Of a stretch of DNA of 64,000 nucleotides, positions 26,480-38,391 are shown piece by piece. Origin of the DNA: Octopus bimaculoides. Its lineage: Eukaryota. The DNA is taken from the NCBI RefSeq assembly GCF_001194135.2, contig NC_068981.1, positions 149,745,075-149,809,074 of the forward strand, given 5' to 3'. The number at the start of each line of letters is the position of its first letter. Position 1 is the first letter of the stretch. The translations under genes were made by a program, and so were the position numbers. Under the pieces are notes generated by a model. The model had not been told where the DNA came from, searched no databases, and saw only the letters and a list, made by a program, of their open reading frames with translations.

Positions 26480-27090
26480 TAGATTTGCCGGAAACTGTCC
26501 ATATCCATGCACTGTACTGTTACATGTCATGCGGTCAACCAAGCTGGAAGCTTTCTTCATGCGTATACTGATTAAAGAGCTAGTGTTCTCTAAACCAGGA
26601 GAAAACGTTCCTCAAAATTGTAGTAGAAACATTTGGCAATGTATCAGAGGTTTGGAAGGCTGGAAATATTGACAGCCATGTGACGCCCAAGGTATGCTAT
26701 GCACATTGTCTTACAGAAGTTGCCCTGCAGGGTGAATATCACCCAGGTTTTGTAAGCATTCTTTTGTTCTTCGTAGTTGCAGCACTGCTCTGAACAAACC
26801 ACTTAAGTGTCTTGAAGTTTAGAGATTTTGTGTGAAGGATGTGAACGGACATGCCTAAAATGATGGTTTTTGCCAACAACCTAGCAGTTCCTGAAAGGGC
26901 AGGTATGAAGAATGTGTACGGGCTTAAAAGTTTTAAAACTTTGCCCAGTTAGCTGACTTGAATTGCTGCCATAGTGTCTAGGGAAGAAGGGGCAGTTTGG
27001 CAAAATGTAGCAATAGGGCTCCTGTTGAATGAGGTAATAGATGCAGAAACAGTCACGCTTTGTTAAATGTGTTCTATATCACACTATATC
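26480..27090 (+). pseudogene. Decayed non-LTR retrotransposon reverse transcriptase fragment
   Basis: One plus frame reads KTFLKIVVETFGNVSEV..EVALQGEYHPGFVSILLFFVVAALL*..MMVFANNLAV..IGLLLN. This parallels the RT motifs GV.QG..LSP.LF, FADD (26869-26880) and VGL.LN. Confidence 0.35.
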
Positions 27091-27785
27091 CAGCAGGCAC
27101 AACTCCATCTCCATGAAAATATTTCTACTGGAATATATTTGTTTGAATCCACGGTTTGAATTCACGGTCTTTTCGACAACAATAAATTACTTGAAAGTAA
27201 ATGATAGCTTCTAACATAAGTACAGGACCTTAAATTTAGGGGATGGAGTAGTCGATAATATTCATTATTTGACTTCTACATAATTTTCCTGACCTAGGAA
27301 TTACGAAAAGAAAAATAAAGATTTCAATTTCAGAATGTAAAGAGTCAGAACATATAGAGCATAGCATGTTTTCATGTATTCAAACGACTCTGCTAATTCA
27401 CTGCCGTTATTGTAAGTAAATACTAGAAAATGTCATATTTTGTTGTTTTGGTCATTTAGCTGCAGGACACTAAAGAGTGAACCAATTTATAATGAAAGGC
27501 ATTTCTGTACGATTATTTCCTTTCAATTTATCAGTTCAATTTGTAATATTTTATTCTATCAATTTGCAATATTTTATTCTATCATTTAATCTGTCATATC
27601 CTACAGTTCATTTTTATAAAATTTTATATTATGCTTTATTTTATTTATTCTTAAATTTACTGATTTTGTATTCATTCATTTCGAATATCATTGTAATTCT
27701 GCTTACTAACTCCGTAACTTAGCACGTCCTGTACGCTCTGTTAGAAAGTTATCATTGAAAACTAGTTTTATTATCATTGTTACTG

Positions 27786-28622
27786 AGGCGTGAGCTGGCA
27801 GAATCATTCGCACGCCGCGCAAAATGCTTAGCTGTATTTCTCCTGGCTTTATGTTCAAATTCCGCCAAATCGACTTTGCCTATCTTTTCGTGATCGATAA
27901 AAATATGTACCAGTCGAACACAGGAGCCATTGTAATCGGCTTAAGCCTTCCTACATACTCGCTTGCCTTGTGCCAAAATTTGTAACTACTATTATTTTTA
28001 TTAAGAATGCGAGTTGGCAGAATCCTTATTAGTACGCCCGGTAAAATGCTTGGCGGCATTTTTCCCATCTTTACGTTATGAATTCAAATCGCGCTGCAGT
28101 CAACTATACCTTTCCTCTTTTTTGGATCGGTGAAATAAGGACCAGTTTAGTACTGGGTCGATGTAATCGTCTCTTCCCATCCCACAACCTTTCCAAGCCT
28201 TGCACCTTATTATTAGGTCAGCAAACTGGCAGAAACATTTGAAGATACGGAAAAGATGTTTCACGGCGTCTTTTCACCTCTTTTCATCCTTAGTTGAAAT
28301 TCCGCAGAGGGCGACTTTGCTTTCCACATTTTAGAAATCCGTAAAATAATTACTATTTGATACCTGGAGTGGATATAATCGACGAGATCGCCCCAAAAAA
28401 AAAAAAAAAAAAATTATTAAAGCTGCCAAATTGTGGAATCCTTAAAACTACAGGCAAAATACTTGGCGGCATTTCTTACCGCTTTACGTTCAGAGTTCAA
28501 ATTCGATGAACTTAACTTTACTTTTCATCCTTTATCGATTGTTAAAATAGTTGAGTAGTGGTGTAGATGCAATCGACTATCCCTTTTCCACAAATTTCAG
28601 GCCTATGATTACGAACAGAAAT
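27786..28622 (+). mobile_element. Array of four head-to-tail SINE family A copies (~27786-27992, 28003-28210, 28215-28395, 28419-28622)
   Basis: Each unit has a TGGCAGAA/TGTGGAA head, a TTCAAAT/TTGAAAT B-box-like segment and the core. Units are separated by ATTATT or poly-A tails. Confidence 0.85.
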
Positions 28623-28660
28623 ATCGCCTGGAGGGTCGTATTTGTTTGTGTGTATGGATT

Positions 28661-28721
<61 letters not shown>

Positions 28722-28835
28722 ATGTAGATGTATGTGCATGTGTAAGTATTGCTCAGTTTTTATGTATATATATGCATATATTTGTACATCAATTTACAAT
28801 TGTGTACCTAAAATATATATATATATATATATATA

Positions 28836-30215
28836 CCTGTTAGACCATCTCACAAAATCCATAAACAATGATACCACTATTGTATCTTTTAAGGTGATAA
28901 ACCTCTACACCGCAATTCCACACCAATATGAACCAGAGGCAATAAATTTCTGGATAGAGAAATTTCCTCATGAAATTCCAGACAAAACTGAAAAGAGTTT
29001 TATCACCGAAGGATTAAAGTTCATCCTCAAAAACAACATTTTTACTTCGATGACAATATTTACTAAGAAATATCTGGGACTGCTCCAACTTACGCCAATC
29101 TAGTCATGATATACATGTAGGTCCAGATATATGAACAATCTAAATGAAGATATAGCTTGAACGTCCACAAATATCTACTAGAAAACAGGAAACGTTACTT
29201 AGATGACTGCCTAATCCAATGGACGCACGCATTTGAAAAAGTTATAAATTTCAAAAATCTAATCAACAGCAACAACAATATTAACTTTAGCATGGAATAC
29301 AGTAAAACTTCACTACCATTCCTGGATATACTAATCATCAACAGCGATAAAAAAACATTGAAACAGATATTCACTACAAACAAACGGATTCTAAATAATA
29401 CTTAGTGTTCTTCTTATGCCATCCGAAACACACAAAGGATGATATTCCCTTTAATCTAGCAAGAAGAATCTGCAAAATTGAAGCTCGCAATATAAGACTC
29501 CAGGAACTAAAACAAGTACTGCTTAGAAGACAATATCCAACGGAATAGAACGTGCCAAAGCAATGAATATTGAAAAAATACGAAACACGAAAAATGCTCC
29601 GGATACATCCAATACTCTACCCTTTATTACAACACACAACCCAAGAAACACAGAGGTTTACAATATTATTCCCCACAACATCCTACTACTAAAACAAGAC
29701 CCAAGAATGAAACAAGCATTCGAAATACACAAAATAATAAAAAAAGAAAAGACAATCAAAGTCCCTCAAAAGATTCCTCACAAGTCCTAAATTACCTTCC
29801 ACAATTCCTACACTGGTAAAGTGTAGCCACCCCAACTACGGGACTTGCGTGAACCTTATTGAAGGCACAACATACAAATTCAAATCAGAACAAACTTTTA
29901 CTGTAAAAAATCACTTTACATGTTATTCAAGGAATTTAGTATACGCTATCAAATGTCAGGGATGTAATGAAGATTACATAGGTTAAACAAAACTTACTCA
30001 CTGAAATTGACTGACCATACACCGACAACAATTACGACATTCCAGTACTAGACAGATTCCACTGAATGGACACATAGATATATGTGCAAAAAATAAGTCA
30101 CCCAGATTCCAAGTCTTCTCACTCTAATTATGTTCAGCGATTACCACAGATAAATCGCGGATAAACAAGGAAAATATTTTCATACAAATGTACAAAAGAT
30201 GACTTAACAAACTTT
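28836..30215 (+). mobile_element. Penelope-like element: RT plus GIY-YIG endonuclease, 5'-truncated, with frameshifts and stops
   Basis: SFKVINLYTAIPH (~28884), GTAPTYANLVM, RYLDD (29193-29207), LPFLD, CHPKH..IPFNLARRI, LPFITTHNP and the GIY-YIG-type LVYAIKCQGCNEDYIG*T (29936-29989). Confidence 0.92.
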
Positions 30216-30930
30216 AAAAGAGTACATACACAAATAACTATTCACAGTCAAATCTCGTTCTGCCAATTAACATGTGGAATCTTCACTGCTAAGAACCTAA
30301 TCTTTAGGCGCTGGACTACAAACAAGTGACTTCTGTCCACTCTCCCACTAGAGAGCTTAAATTTGGAGGGCCTTGATTGTAACTAAACATCTTCACTCAA
30401 CCGTGTCAGCCTTTTTTTAGGCGCCAAATATACTATCACGTGACACTAACGGACGTAGAGGGAAACGTACAAAAGATGTTCATTCTCTACAAATACTTGA
30501 TAGAAAGCATTCAGAGCATTAATTGTTTAGAAATGTTCAGTGACCCGTGTCAGTCTTAACCTACGACGCCAAGCATCATCACTTGATACTAACACAGAGA
30601 CGTAGCGGGGAGCCTACGAAAATTTCCAAGACTAGTCATGTAACTATATTCTTTTGATCAAATCATATTCAAAACATATACTAATTTGAGCCATGAACTC
30701 CTTATATAAATAGGGCAAGCTTAAAACACTAGTCAGAAGCAAGACAGCTGCGACATAAGCCACGTCTTTCTAATTCAGTTTTTTGAAAACCAGTGCAAAC
30801 TGTGAGACCGGTTAAATCTTTAAATATAATAGTAAAATGTATTTTAACTATTCTCAGTGCATTTTCAGCTTCTATTTCTTTTCTATATTTCTACCCCTGT
30901 GGAGGAGTAAAACATCTTCGTTTTCTCTCT
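30216..30930 (+). mobile_element. Putative 3' non-coding/pseudo-LTR region of the PLE
   Basis: Contiguous with the GIY-YIG end, non-coding, ends at (TA)n, and contains a decayed hammerhead-like motif at 30780-30816. Confidence 0.55.
30780..30816 (+). ncRNA. Decayed minimal type I hammerhead ribozyme-like motif
   Basis: TTT-TTGAAAA (cf. CUGANGA)-C-CAGT-GCAA-ACTG-T-GAGA (cf. GAAA)-CCGG-TT-AAA. It has a 4-bp stem II with a GNRA loop, a palindromic ACCGGT stem III and a 3-bp stem I, but three core mismatches. Confidence 0.4.
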
Positions 30931-30936
30931 CTATCT

Positions 30937-30970
<34 letters not shown>

Positions 30971-31000
30971 TTGGAAAGGATACGTGGCGTTGAGTCATAT

Positions 31001-31049
<49 letters not shown>

Positions 31050-31420
31050 TATGTGGGCGGTCATCTTTCTTCTCCTAACTTATGTTTCTTTCTTTCTCTC
31101 CGTGGTAGCTGGATCAATTTAATTTGCTTTGCGAGAGCAACTGTTTTATCGAAAGCGTGTATTGTTGTTAAATGCTCGAAATACGAGAGTAGAAAACAAC
31201 CAACAACTGATGAAGGGGCGTTCTTTGTGTTGTTTGTCTAATTTTCCATTTGTGTCTTTCGTTGTTCAAAAAATAGTTCATGTTCCATGTAATCGTTCTT
31301 CGTATTTGTCGTTGCACACGTTTCGGGACGTCCTGTGCTCACATATGCATATATATACGTATAGATGTAGGTATGTACATATACGTATGGTTATATATAT
31401 TTATAATATATATGTTTCTG

Positions 31421-31456
<36 letters not shown>

Positions 31457-31800
31457 CAGAAGTAATGTGAGTGAATGGGAGTAAAGACAGAGAGGCTGTG
31501 TGTGTGAGAGAGAAAGAGGGAGAGAGAGAAGTGAGTAAACATGAAAAATGTATGTCAAGACATGATAAGATATTCAGTAGCTGCCTGTCACTGGGAAGTG
31601 GAGATAATGTCAGGGAAAATCAGAGAGGAATTTAGAGATGGGACGAAGAGCGACTCAATAAGGACATGCAGCGAAAGTGTGTCATGGTGTGGGTTTGCTT
31701 GAGTTTTAGTAAGTCGACAATTTTATTACGAATTCGATACACTTCGGCTATAAAATTTATCGACAAGCAGAAATTTTTATAACTACTGTGTCATATGTAT

Positions 31801-31846
<46 letters not shown>

Positions 31847-32214
31847 AAGAAAAGCAACAAAAATNNNNNNNNNNNNNNNNNNNNNNNNNNNNNNNNNNNN
31901 NNNNNNNNNNNNNNNNNNNNNNNNNNNNNNNNNNNNNNNNNNNNNNNNNNNNNNNNNNNNNNNNNNNNNNNNNNNNNNNNNNNNNNNNNNNNNNNNNNNN
32001 NNNNNNNNNNNNNNNNNNNNNNNNNNNNNNNNNNNNNNNNNNNNNNNNNNNNNNNNNNNNNNNNNNNNNNNNNNNNNNNNNNNNNNNNNNNNNNNNNNAT
32101 ACATATACATATATATATATATACATATATATATACATACATACATACACACACACATACACACACACATATATATATATATATATGTGTGTATGTGTGT
32201 GTGTGTGTGCATGT

Positions 32215-32952
32215 ATATGTATTCCAGAAGTTTTCAGATTTTTGTAAGAGAAGCGGTTCTCAATGTCCTACAACTTTAGTATCGCATTACAATACATCAA
32301 ATAAATTGACCTGCCACTTGTTATCTTTCTAGATTCAAATTGTTGTTGGAATAGCATTTTGAACATATCCTGCTAAACACTCAATAGGTTGGAAAATGCC
32401 GTCGGGACATTTGCAATATCATTATGACAAAGGTTTGTATTAAAGACGGTAAAAACGCTACAGCTACTTCTGAAATGATCCAGACCACTTATAGATTAAC
32501 CTCCGCTGATACATGAGGTTCACAGGCGGTAAGGAGATGGTGAGAGACAATGAGAATTGTTGAAGCGAGAGGGACACAGGACATGAAAGCAAGTGGAAAA
32601 AGATCTGCAATTTTCTGAAGATAATAAACATAGAATTTGGAGTTAGTTGCGGCCACAATGCAGAGAATTATTCTTGATATGAGCAAGCACAAAATTTTTG
32701 AAAAGTCTATTCCCAGGGATCTCAGGGTGGAGCATCCAGGTAAACAACTTGTGGATGAAGGATACTGTGATAGCGTTCCTGGACACCTTCATTTGGAGGA
32801 TTTCCATGGGTCCTTCAGGAAAATGGCTGGGGTTCTATAACATGTAGATTGAAGTCAGAGAATTCTACTTTGAATGTGATTAGAATTTTGTACTTCTTTA
32901 GAATTATAAACATCTCTTTACAAAAATTATGAACATTTCTGGACTGCACCTA
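32215..32952 (+). mobile_element. Internally deleted mariner (Tc1/mariner) element
   Basis: Imperfect TIRs TCCAGAAGTTTTCAGATTTTTGTAAGAG (32223-32250) and CTCTTTACAAAAATTATGAACATTTCTGGA (32914-32943). N-terminal fragments IKDGKNATATSEMIQT and VAATMQRIILDMSKHKIFEKSIPRDL (cf. WVPR.L). Catalytic domain absent. Confidence 0.7.
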
Positions 32953-32977
32953 GAGTGTATGTATATATATATATATA

Positions 32978-33932
32978 TAGGGTGCGATTGGTAAATTGTC
33001 GTCATTTTATATTATTTGCTCGCGCATGCCCATTGATTGTTTTTGATTTTGTCGACTACAAAATATAGTGCCGTCTGTTGGGTACCGTCTGTGAGAAGAG
33101 CAGCGCCATGATGCAATACACTTTGGCAGAAATTTGGAAACAGCATGCTGTACTGCTTGACTTTCGCACCGGAAGCTCCAATACGAACATTTCAGAGTGT
33201 TTGGGTGTCAATCTGAAGACAGTGCAATCAGAGGACATGTATCGAGAGTGATAAAAATCAAACATCCAGTCAACATCATGGTGTTTAGAGTTTTGACGAG
33301 TGCTGACGATGTTATGCCTCCATTCACCTTTTCACAAGGTCCCAACTCAACATAGCGGCCTACATCAAGTATCTGGAGGAGGTAGTGCTGCTTTGGGTCA
33401 AGAGAGTGGAGCTGGAAGACTCTATGTCTGGCAACAGGATTCTGCACCATGCCACACAATCAGAAGGACCCAGTCATCAGTGTCAGACAATTTCTGCGAC
33501 CACATTACCCCTAAGATCTGTTCACCTAACTCCCCAGACTGCAACCCGCTTCATTACTATGTGTGGGGCGCAGTTGAGTGAGAGACCAATAAAACTTCTT
33601 GTACCACCAAAGATGAACTAAAGGCAAGGATTATGGCAGCATTCAGTAACTTAAACAAGGAAACCGTTCAGAAGAGTTGCAAGAGATTCCGAAGTCTTTT
33701 GGAGTCCACGGTTGAAGCCATTGGCAATTTTATTGAATAGATTTATTCTTTAGTATTTCAAGATATTTTTATGTAATGTTGATAAATATATCTATTAAAA
33801 TGTGATGTCTGTGTTATTTTCATATTTGCGTAATTTAGACGACGGTTTATTTACCACACACTTTATATATGTGTGTGTGTGTGTGTGTGTATTCGTGTAA
33901 TTTAGACGACAGTATATCCACCGCACCCTGTA
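32978..33932 (+). mobile_element. Tc1/mariner DD37D (maT-type) transposon relic with internal deletion and duplicated right TIR
   Basis: KHPVNIMVF..DVMPPFTF, WQQDSAPCHT..NSPDCNPLHYYVWGAVE (37 residues between D and the mutated third D, now H), KDELKARIMAAF..FIE*. Left TIR TAGGGTGCGATTGGTAAATTGTCGTC (32978-33003); right TIR GACGACAGTATATCCACCGCACCCTG-TA (33905-33932). Confidence 0.9.
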
Positions 33933-35539
33933 TATATATAGGCACACTGGTAAGCTAGTGTACCTATATATGTATATAACGATTTATATGAAGGTTATAT
34001 ATAGATACAGCATAAACATATCTTATGTCCATAATACGAAGGCCATATATATATACATGTATGTAGGAACATATTTTGATATGTTAGTTTATTATTCTGA
34101 GTTAATATTCTAATATCTATATTTTGGAAATATTTATGTGTATGCTTGGGTGATTAATCCTTCATATTTTGTATAATGAATAAATATCTATGGAGATCTA
34201 TTTATTAAATGAGAATAGCCAAAATAAACATGACGCGAAATTATTAAATTGGATTTATTTATTTCCTATTCGCAAAAATAAAATGCATCATATAGACCAC
34301 AGGACTGAAATCCAAGATGAATAAAACTAAATTTGTTATGCATTAAGACAATGACTTCTTACAAGTGTTACATAGACATTTTAGACTAGAAACACTCGCC
34401 ACTGGATAAACGTCACTTCTGAAGCCTTTGTATTGTAAACTTAGAACCCTAAAGGACATAACGAGATACTGAAAGGCAGTTTGCTCGCTGATCTACCTTT
34501 CCTGTCATCTAATTTTCCACAAGTTTCAGCTGACATTCCCAATGCATATAGGAAAAGTGGGTATATTATCTTCGAGTATACTGCCGCTAAATTCAATGTC
34601 TTTCAAAGGATAATTTGCATTAGTTGTGTAAGTTAATATATATTTTTTAAAATGCACTCTCAGAATCTTAGACTTTAAGTCGCAAGTAATTATTACACCG
34701 TGCCCAATGAATTCCTACTCGTTTAAAAAGCGTTTAAAAGAGCCAACTATTTGTATTAATAATAAATGTAATATACCTTTATTATATGTTGCCTTCAAGA
34801 TATAAAATTATGTATGTTGATTAGGTTGAAATATTTGTGCCCAGAGAATGCTAAGCGTAATGTTTGAAAGTAGCAGTATAACAGTAGTATAGTGGGTGCT
34901 TTTCTATTCGTATAATAAAAGGTTTTAAACTATCTGCTATGCTACAATGATAACGTAAAATTTATTGATCAATTATAATACATATATGAATATGTGAACA
35001 CGTGTATGATTCTGCGAGTGTTTGAATACGTTTATGTGTACGGGTGTGTGGTTTCGTAACCTTCGGTTCGGTAGATTGCTTATCAAGCCTCCCAAATAAA
35101 GAACACATTACTTTGAATATATGCACTTGCATGATAATGTGAACACCATATCTGCGGGACATGCTGATATCTATGTGTGCATGCTTATGTGTATGTGCAT
35201 ATGTATGTGTATGCGTGTGCATTATAAGTTATTGATATGTACAATTTACATTTGAAATCAATGTCGTGGATGTCGGGAACAAACTCTTTCCTTCAATATT
35301 TAGGGCATTTGGAACAATCATTATTCCTAACCGAAAAATATTTGTATTAATAAAATTCTCGTAGCTACCCAGGTTTCATTAAGGAAAATACCAAATGTGT
35401 TGGTAACAGTAACTAGGGCGCTACAACTACAGGAATTACTTTACAAAAACTCTCACATCCTACGCATTTAATTTGCTAAGTATTTATATGTTCCTGTTCT
35501 TTCGTTTTCTTTAACCGTTACATTCATGTCAGCAGACAC

Positions 35540-35600
35540 AGAGCTGGCAGAATCGTTAGCACGCCGGGCAAACTGCTTACCAGTATTTCCTCCATCTATT
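35540..35600 (+). mobile_element. SINE family A head only
   Basis: GAGCTGGCAGAATCGTTAGCACGCCGGGCAAACTGCTTACCAGTATTTC. Confidence 0.75.
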
Positions 35601-35679
35601 CAAATCTTTCGGAATAGTTCCCAATGCACCTGTAACTACAGGAAGATATTTTTTTATCTAAAACTTTCACATCTCATCG

Positions 35680-36010
35680 GATACATCGTTGGACTTTTGC
35701 AAATTATTTTCCCTTCATATTTCATATGTTTTATTATTTCTATGTGTTTTGAGTCAAGTTTTGTAGCGTAGAATGTACGTAGTATTTCAATATAGTCGTC
35801 ACACCTCCAATGTTCTCGTTTGGTTTTGCTCCTCGTTTGGGCAGTGACATTAAGAGATGGGTAAGTCTAATCAATTTTAATTTTGTGAAAGAACCTTGTC
35901 TCTGGACCTGCGCTATGGCTACTTTCGTGCCATGATTGTTTGAGGCTTACAAATCGAAATTCACCTCTTTGTCTTCATTGTTTTCTTACCAGGCATAACT
36001 GCTTTATTCA
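35680..36010 (-). mobile_element. Possible heavily decayed R4/Dong-type LINE 3' (RLE) fragment
   Basis: Minus frame GPETRFFHKIKID*TYPSLNVTAQTRSKTKREH..KYEGKI loosely parallels the RPD..IDV..KE.EK..KY segment of the copy at 36562-37260. Confidence 0.3.
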
Positions 36011-36394
36011 CCCCTCTTTTAAATGAGATGTATTGTAAATTAATTTTTTATATATTCATTTAAGTTATATAAATACTGTGTTCAATGCTTTTTCGTTCAC
36101 GTGCGAAATTATGTACGTGTTTATGTGTGAATTGCATAGATATTATATTCCTTAGTGTATAAACAAGAAACATTAGTTTGTACAGGTGTGAAACATTAGT
36201 GTGTACATGTTTTTCTGTGATAACGTATGTATCTGGAAGAAATTTTGCTACACATATGAGAGACATCTTTCAGTTTCCTGAAATGACGTACGTTAAAAAA
36301 ATAATTTCCTTTCATTTTTCGCAGTTTCTTAAATATTGATTGGGGTTGATCTCAAATTTAATCATTCCTCGCAGGAAGCACGTTGACACACGTC

Positions 36395-36405
36395 CATTAT
36401 TATTA

Positions 36406-36461
<56 letters not shown>

Positions 36462-37980
36462 GTTCAGTAGTTTTACTTTTATAACGTGCTTTCACTTCAC
36501 TACCGAGCGCAGCTCTGTGCGCCTTGGGTATGTGCTGTGGTTTGCTGTGGTGCTCTTATGTTTACTGTATTGAAAGTGTTTTGCGTAGAATGTGTGCAGT
36601 ACCCAGTAGTGTAATTTTCTGTATGTTATATATATTTGTAAGTCCTGGTGTTTTTGTTATGTATTTGTCTGAATATTTTTTTATTATACCTAAGGCACCT
36701 NNNNNNNNNNTGTATTTTTAAAGTTTTTCCATTTCTTTTAGAGAAACGTTGTCATCTGCTGTTATTAATACATCAATTAGAAAGCATTTTTTTCTTCGTG
36801 ATCTTTGACAACTATATCTGGTCTATTTGCCTTAATTTCTCTATCTGTGTGTATTGGCATATCCCAGAGTATGGTTGCTTTCTCGTTTTCTGTGACCTTT
36901 TCTGGTGTGTGTTTATACCATCTTTTTTCTGTTGTTATTCCATAGTGTTGGCATAGCTTCCAGTGTATATAGGTCCCAGCTCTGTCGTGTCTGTGAAAAT
37001 ATTCCTTCTTAGCCAGGACTGGGCAGCCAGAGATAATATGATTTATTGTTTATTGTCCATCTCCACATAGTCTACAGTTACTTCTTATGTTTCTTTTCAT
37101 TATGTGTCTTTGGTAATTTCTGGTGGGGAGGCTTTGGTCTTGTGCAGCAATTAAAAATCCTTCAGTCTCTGCTTTGAGTCCTGAGCTTCTCAACCATTGC
37201 TGCCATCGTTTTATCATGTTCCGTTGCTGTTCTAGTTTTAGTTTCGATTTCATTTGTTTTATAGCTTTTGTTGTTGTTTCTTCTTCTTCTTCTTCTTCTT
37301 CTTCTTCTTCTTCTTCTTCTTCTTCTTCTTCTTCTTCTTCTTCTTCTTCTTCTTCTTCTNNNNNNNNNNNNNNNNNNNNNNNNNNNNNNNNNNNNNNNNN
37401 NNNNNNNNNNNNNNNNNNNNNNNNNNNNNNNNNNNNNNNNNNNNNNNNNNNNNNNNNNNNNNNNNNNNNNNNNNNNNNNNNNNNNNNNNNNNNNNNNNNN
37501 NNNNNNNNNNNNNNNNNNNNNNNNNNNNNNNNNNNNNNNNNNNNNNNNNNNNNNNNNNNNNNNNNNNNNNNNNNNNNNNNNNNNNNNNNNNNNNNNNNNN
37601 NNNNNNNNNNNNNNNNNNNNNNNNNNNNNNNNNNNNNNNNNNNNNNNNNNNNNNNNNNNNNNNNNNNNNNNNNNNNNNNNNNNNNNNNNNNNNNNNNNNN
37701 NNNNNNNNNNNNNNTCTTCTTCTTCTTCTTCTTCTTCTTCTTCTTCTTCTTCTTCTTCTTCTTCTTCTTCTTCTTCTTCTTCTTCTTCTTCTTCGTATTT
37801 GTTAGGTAGATTGATTTCTTGTTTGTATTTGTCAGCTTCCTTAAATACTGAAAACAGCTTTTTGTTTTGCTCGTGTTTTGTGGCTATTTGTATTAGTTTT
37901 CCTTGCTTCTGGAGTAGGTATTTTTGCAGTCCTATGGTGGTTATTTTATTATAGTTTTCTAGCTGTATAAGACCCCTGCC
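36395..37980 (-). mobile_element. R4/Dong-type non-LTR retrotransposon 3' portion (post-RT, CCHC finger, RLE endonuclease) with (TAA)n tail
   Basis: EGGRGLIQLE..; WLRSSGLKAETEGFLIAAQDQSLPTRNY..CRLCGDG..HIISGCPVLAK (CCHC); ILWDMPIHTDREIKANRPDIVVKD..CFLID (PD-D/ExK); stop at 36562-36564; (TTA)n at 36395-36462 on the plus strand. Confidence 0.9.
37280..37795. repeat. (CTT)n/(GAA)n microsatellite spanning a gap, inside the LINE ORF
   Basis: Directly visible on both sides of the N-run 37360-37714. Confidence 0.95.
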
Positions 37981-37991
37981 ACCTTCTGTGC

Positions 37992-38057
<66 letters not shown>

Positions 38058-38385
38058 GCTGTTGTTATTTTTGTTGGTGTTGTTGTTGTTGTTGTTTCTC
38101 TTTAGCAGAGGTTTTACTGGAGCTCCTAGAGTTTTGCATACGCAGCGGAATAGCTACCTGCAGCCTACGGAACAATGCTGTCCGTTCTTTTCAGCCATCT
38201 AATACTTTCCTGATTATTCTGGCCGTGCCAAGGAGGCAAAACGTTTGCAACAGTTCTACTGGGCACTTTATTCCAATTTCCTTTATATTCCCCTTGATGT
38301 CTGATACTTTCCAAGGATCGAAAAATAATTGGCACTATCTTCACCTTCTTCGTATTCCATAGCCGGGCTATTTCGCACTTAAGAG
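37992..38385 (-). mobile_element. Second R4/Dong-type LINE 3' end (different subfamily) with (CAA)n/(TAA)n tail
   Basis: LKCEIARLWNTKKVKIVPII followed, after a frameshift, by VELLQTFCLLGTARIIRKVLDG; then a 3' UTR and repeat tail. Confidence 0.75.
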
Positions 38386-38391
38386 GGCTGC

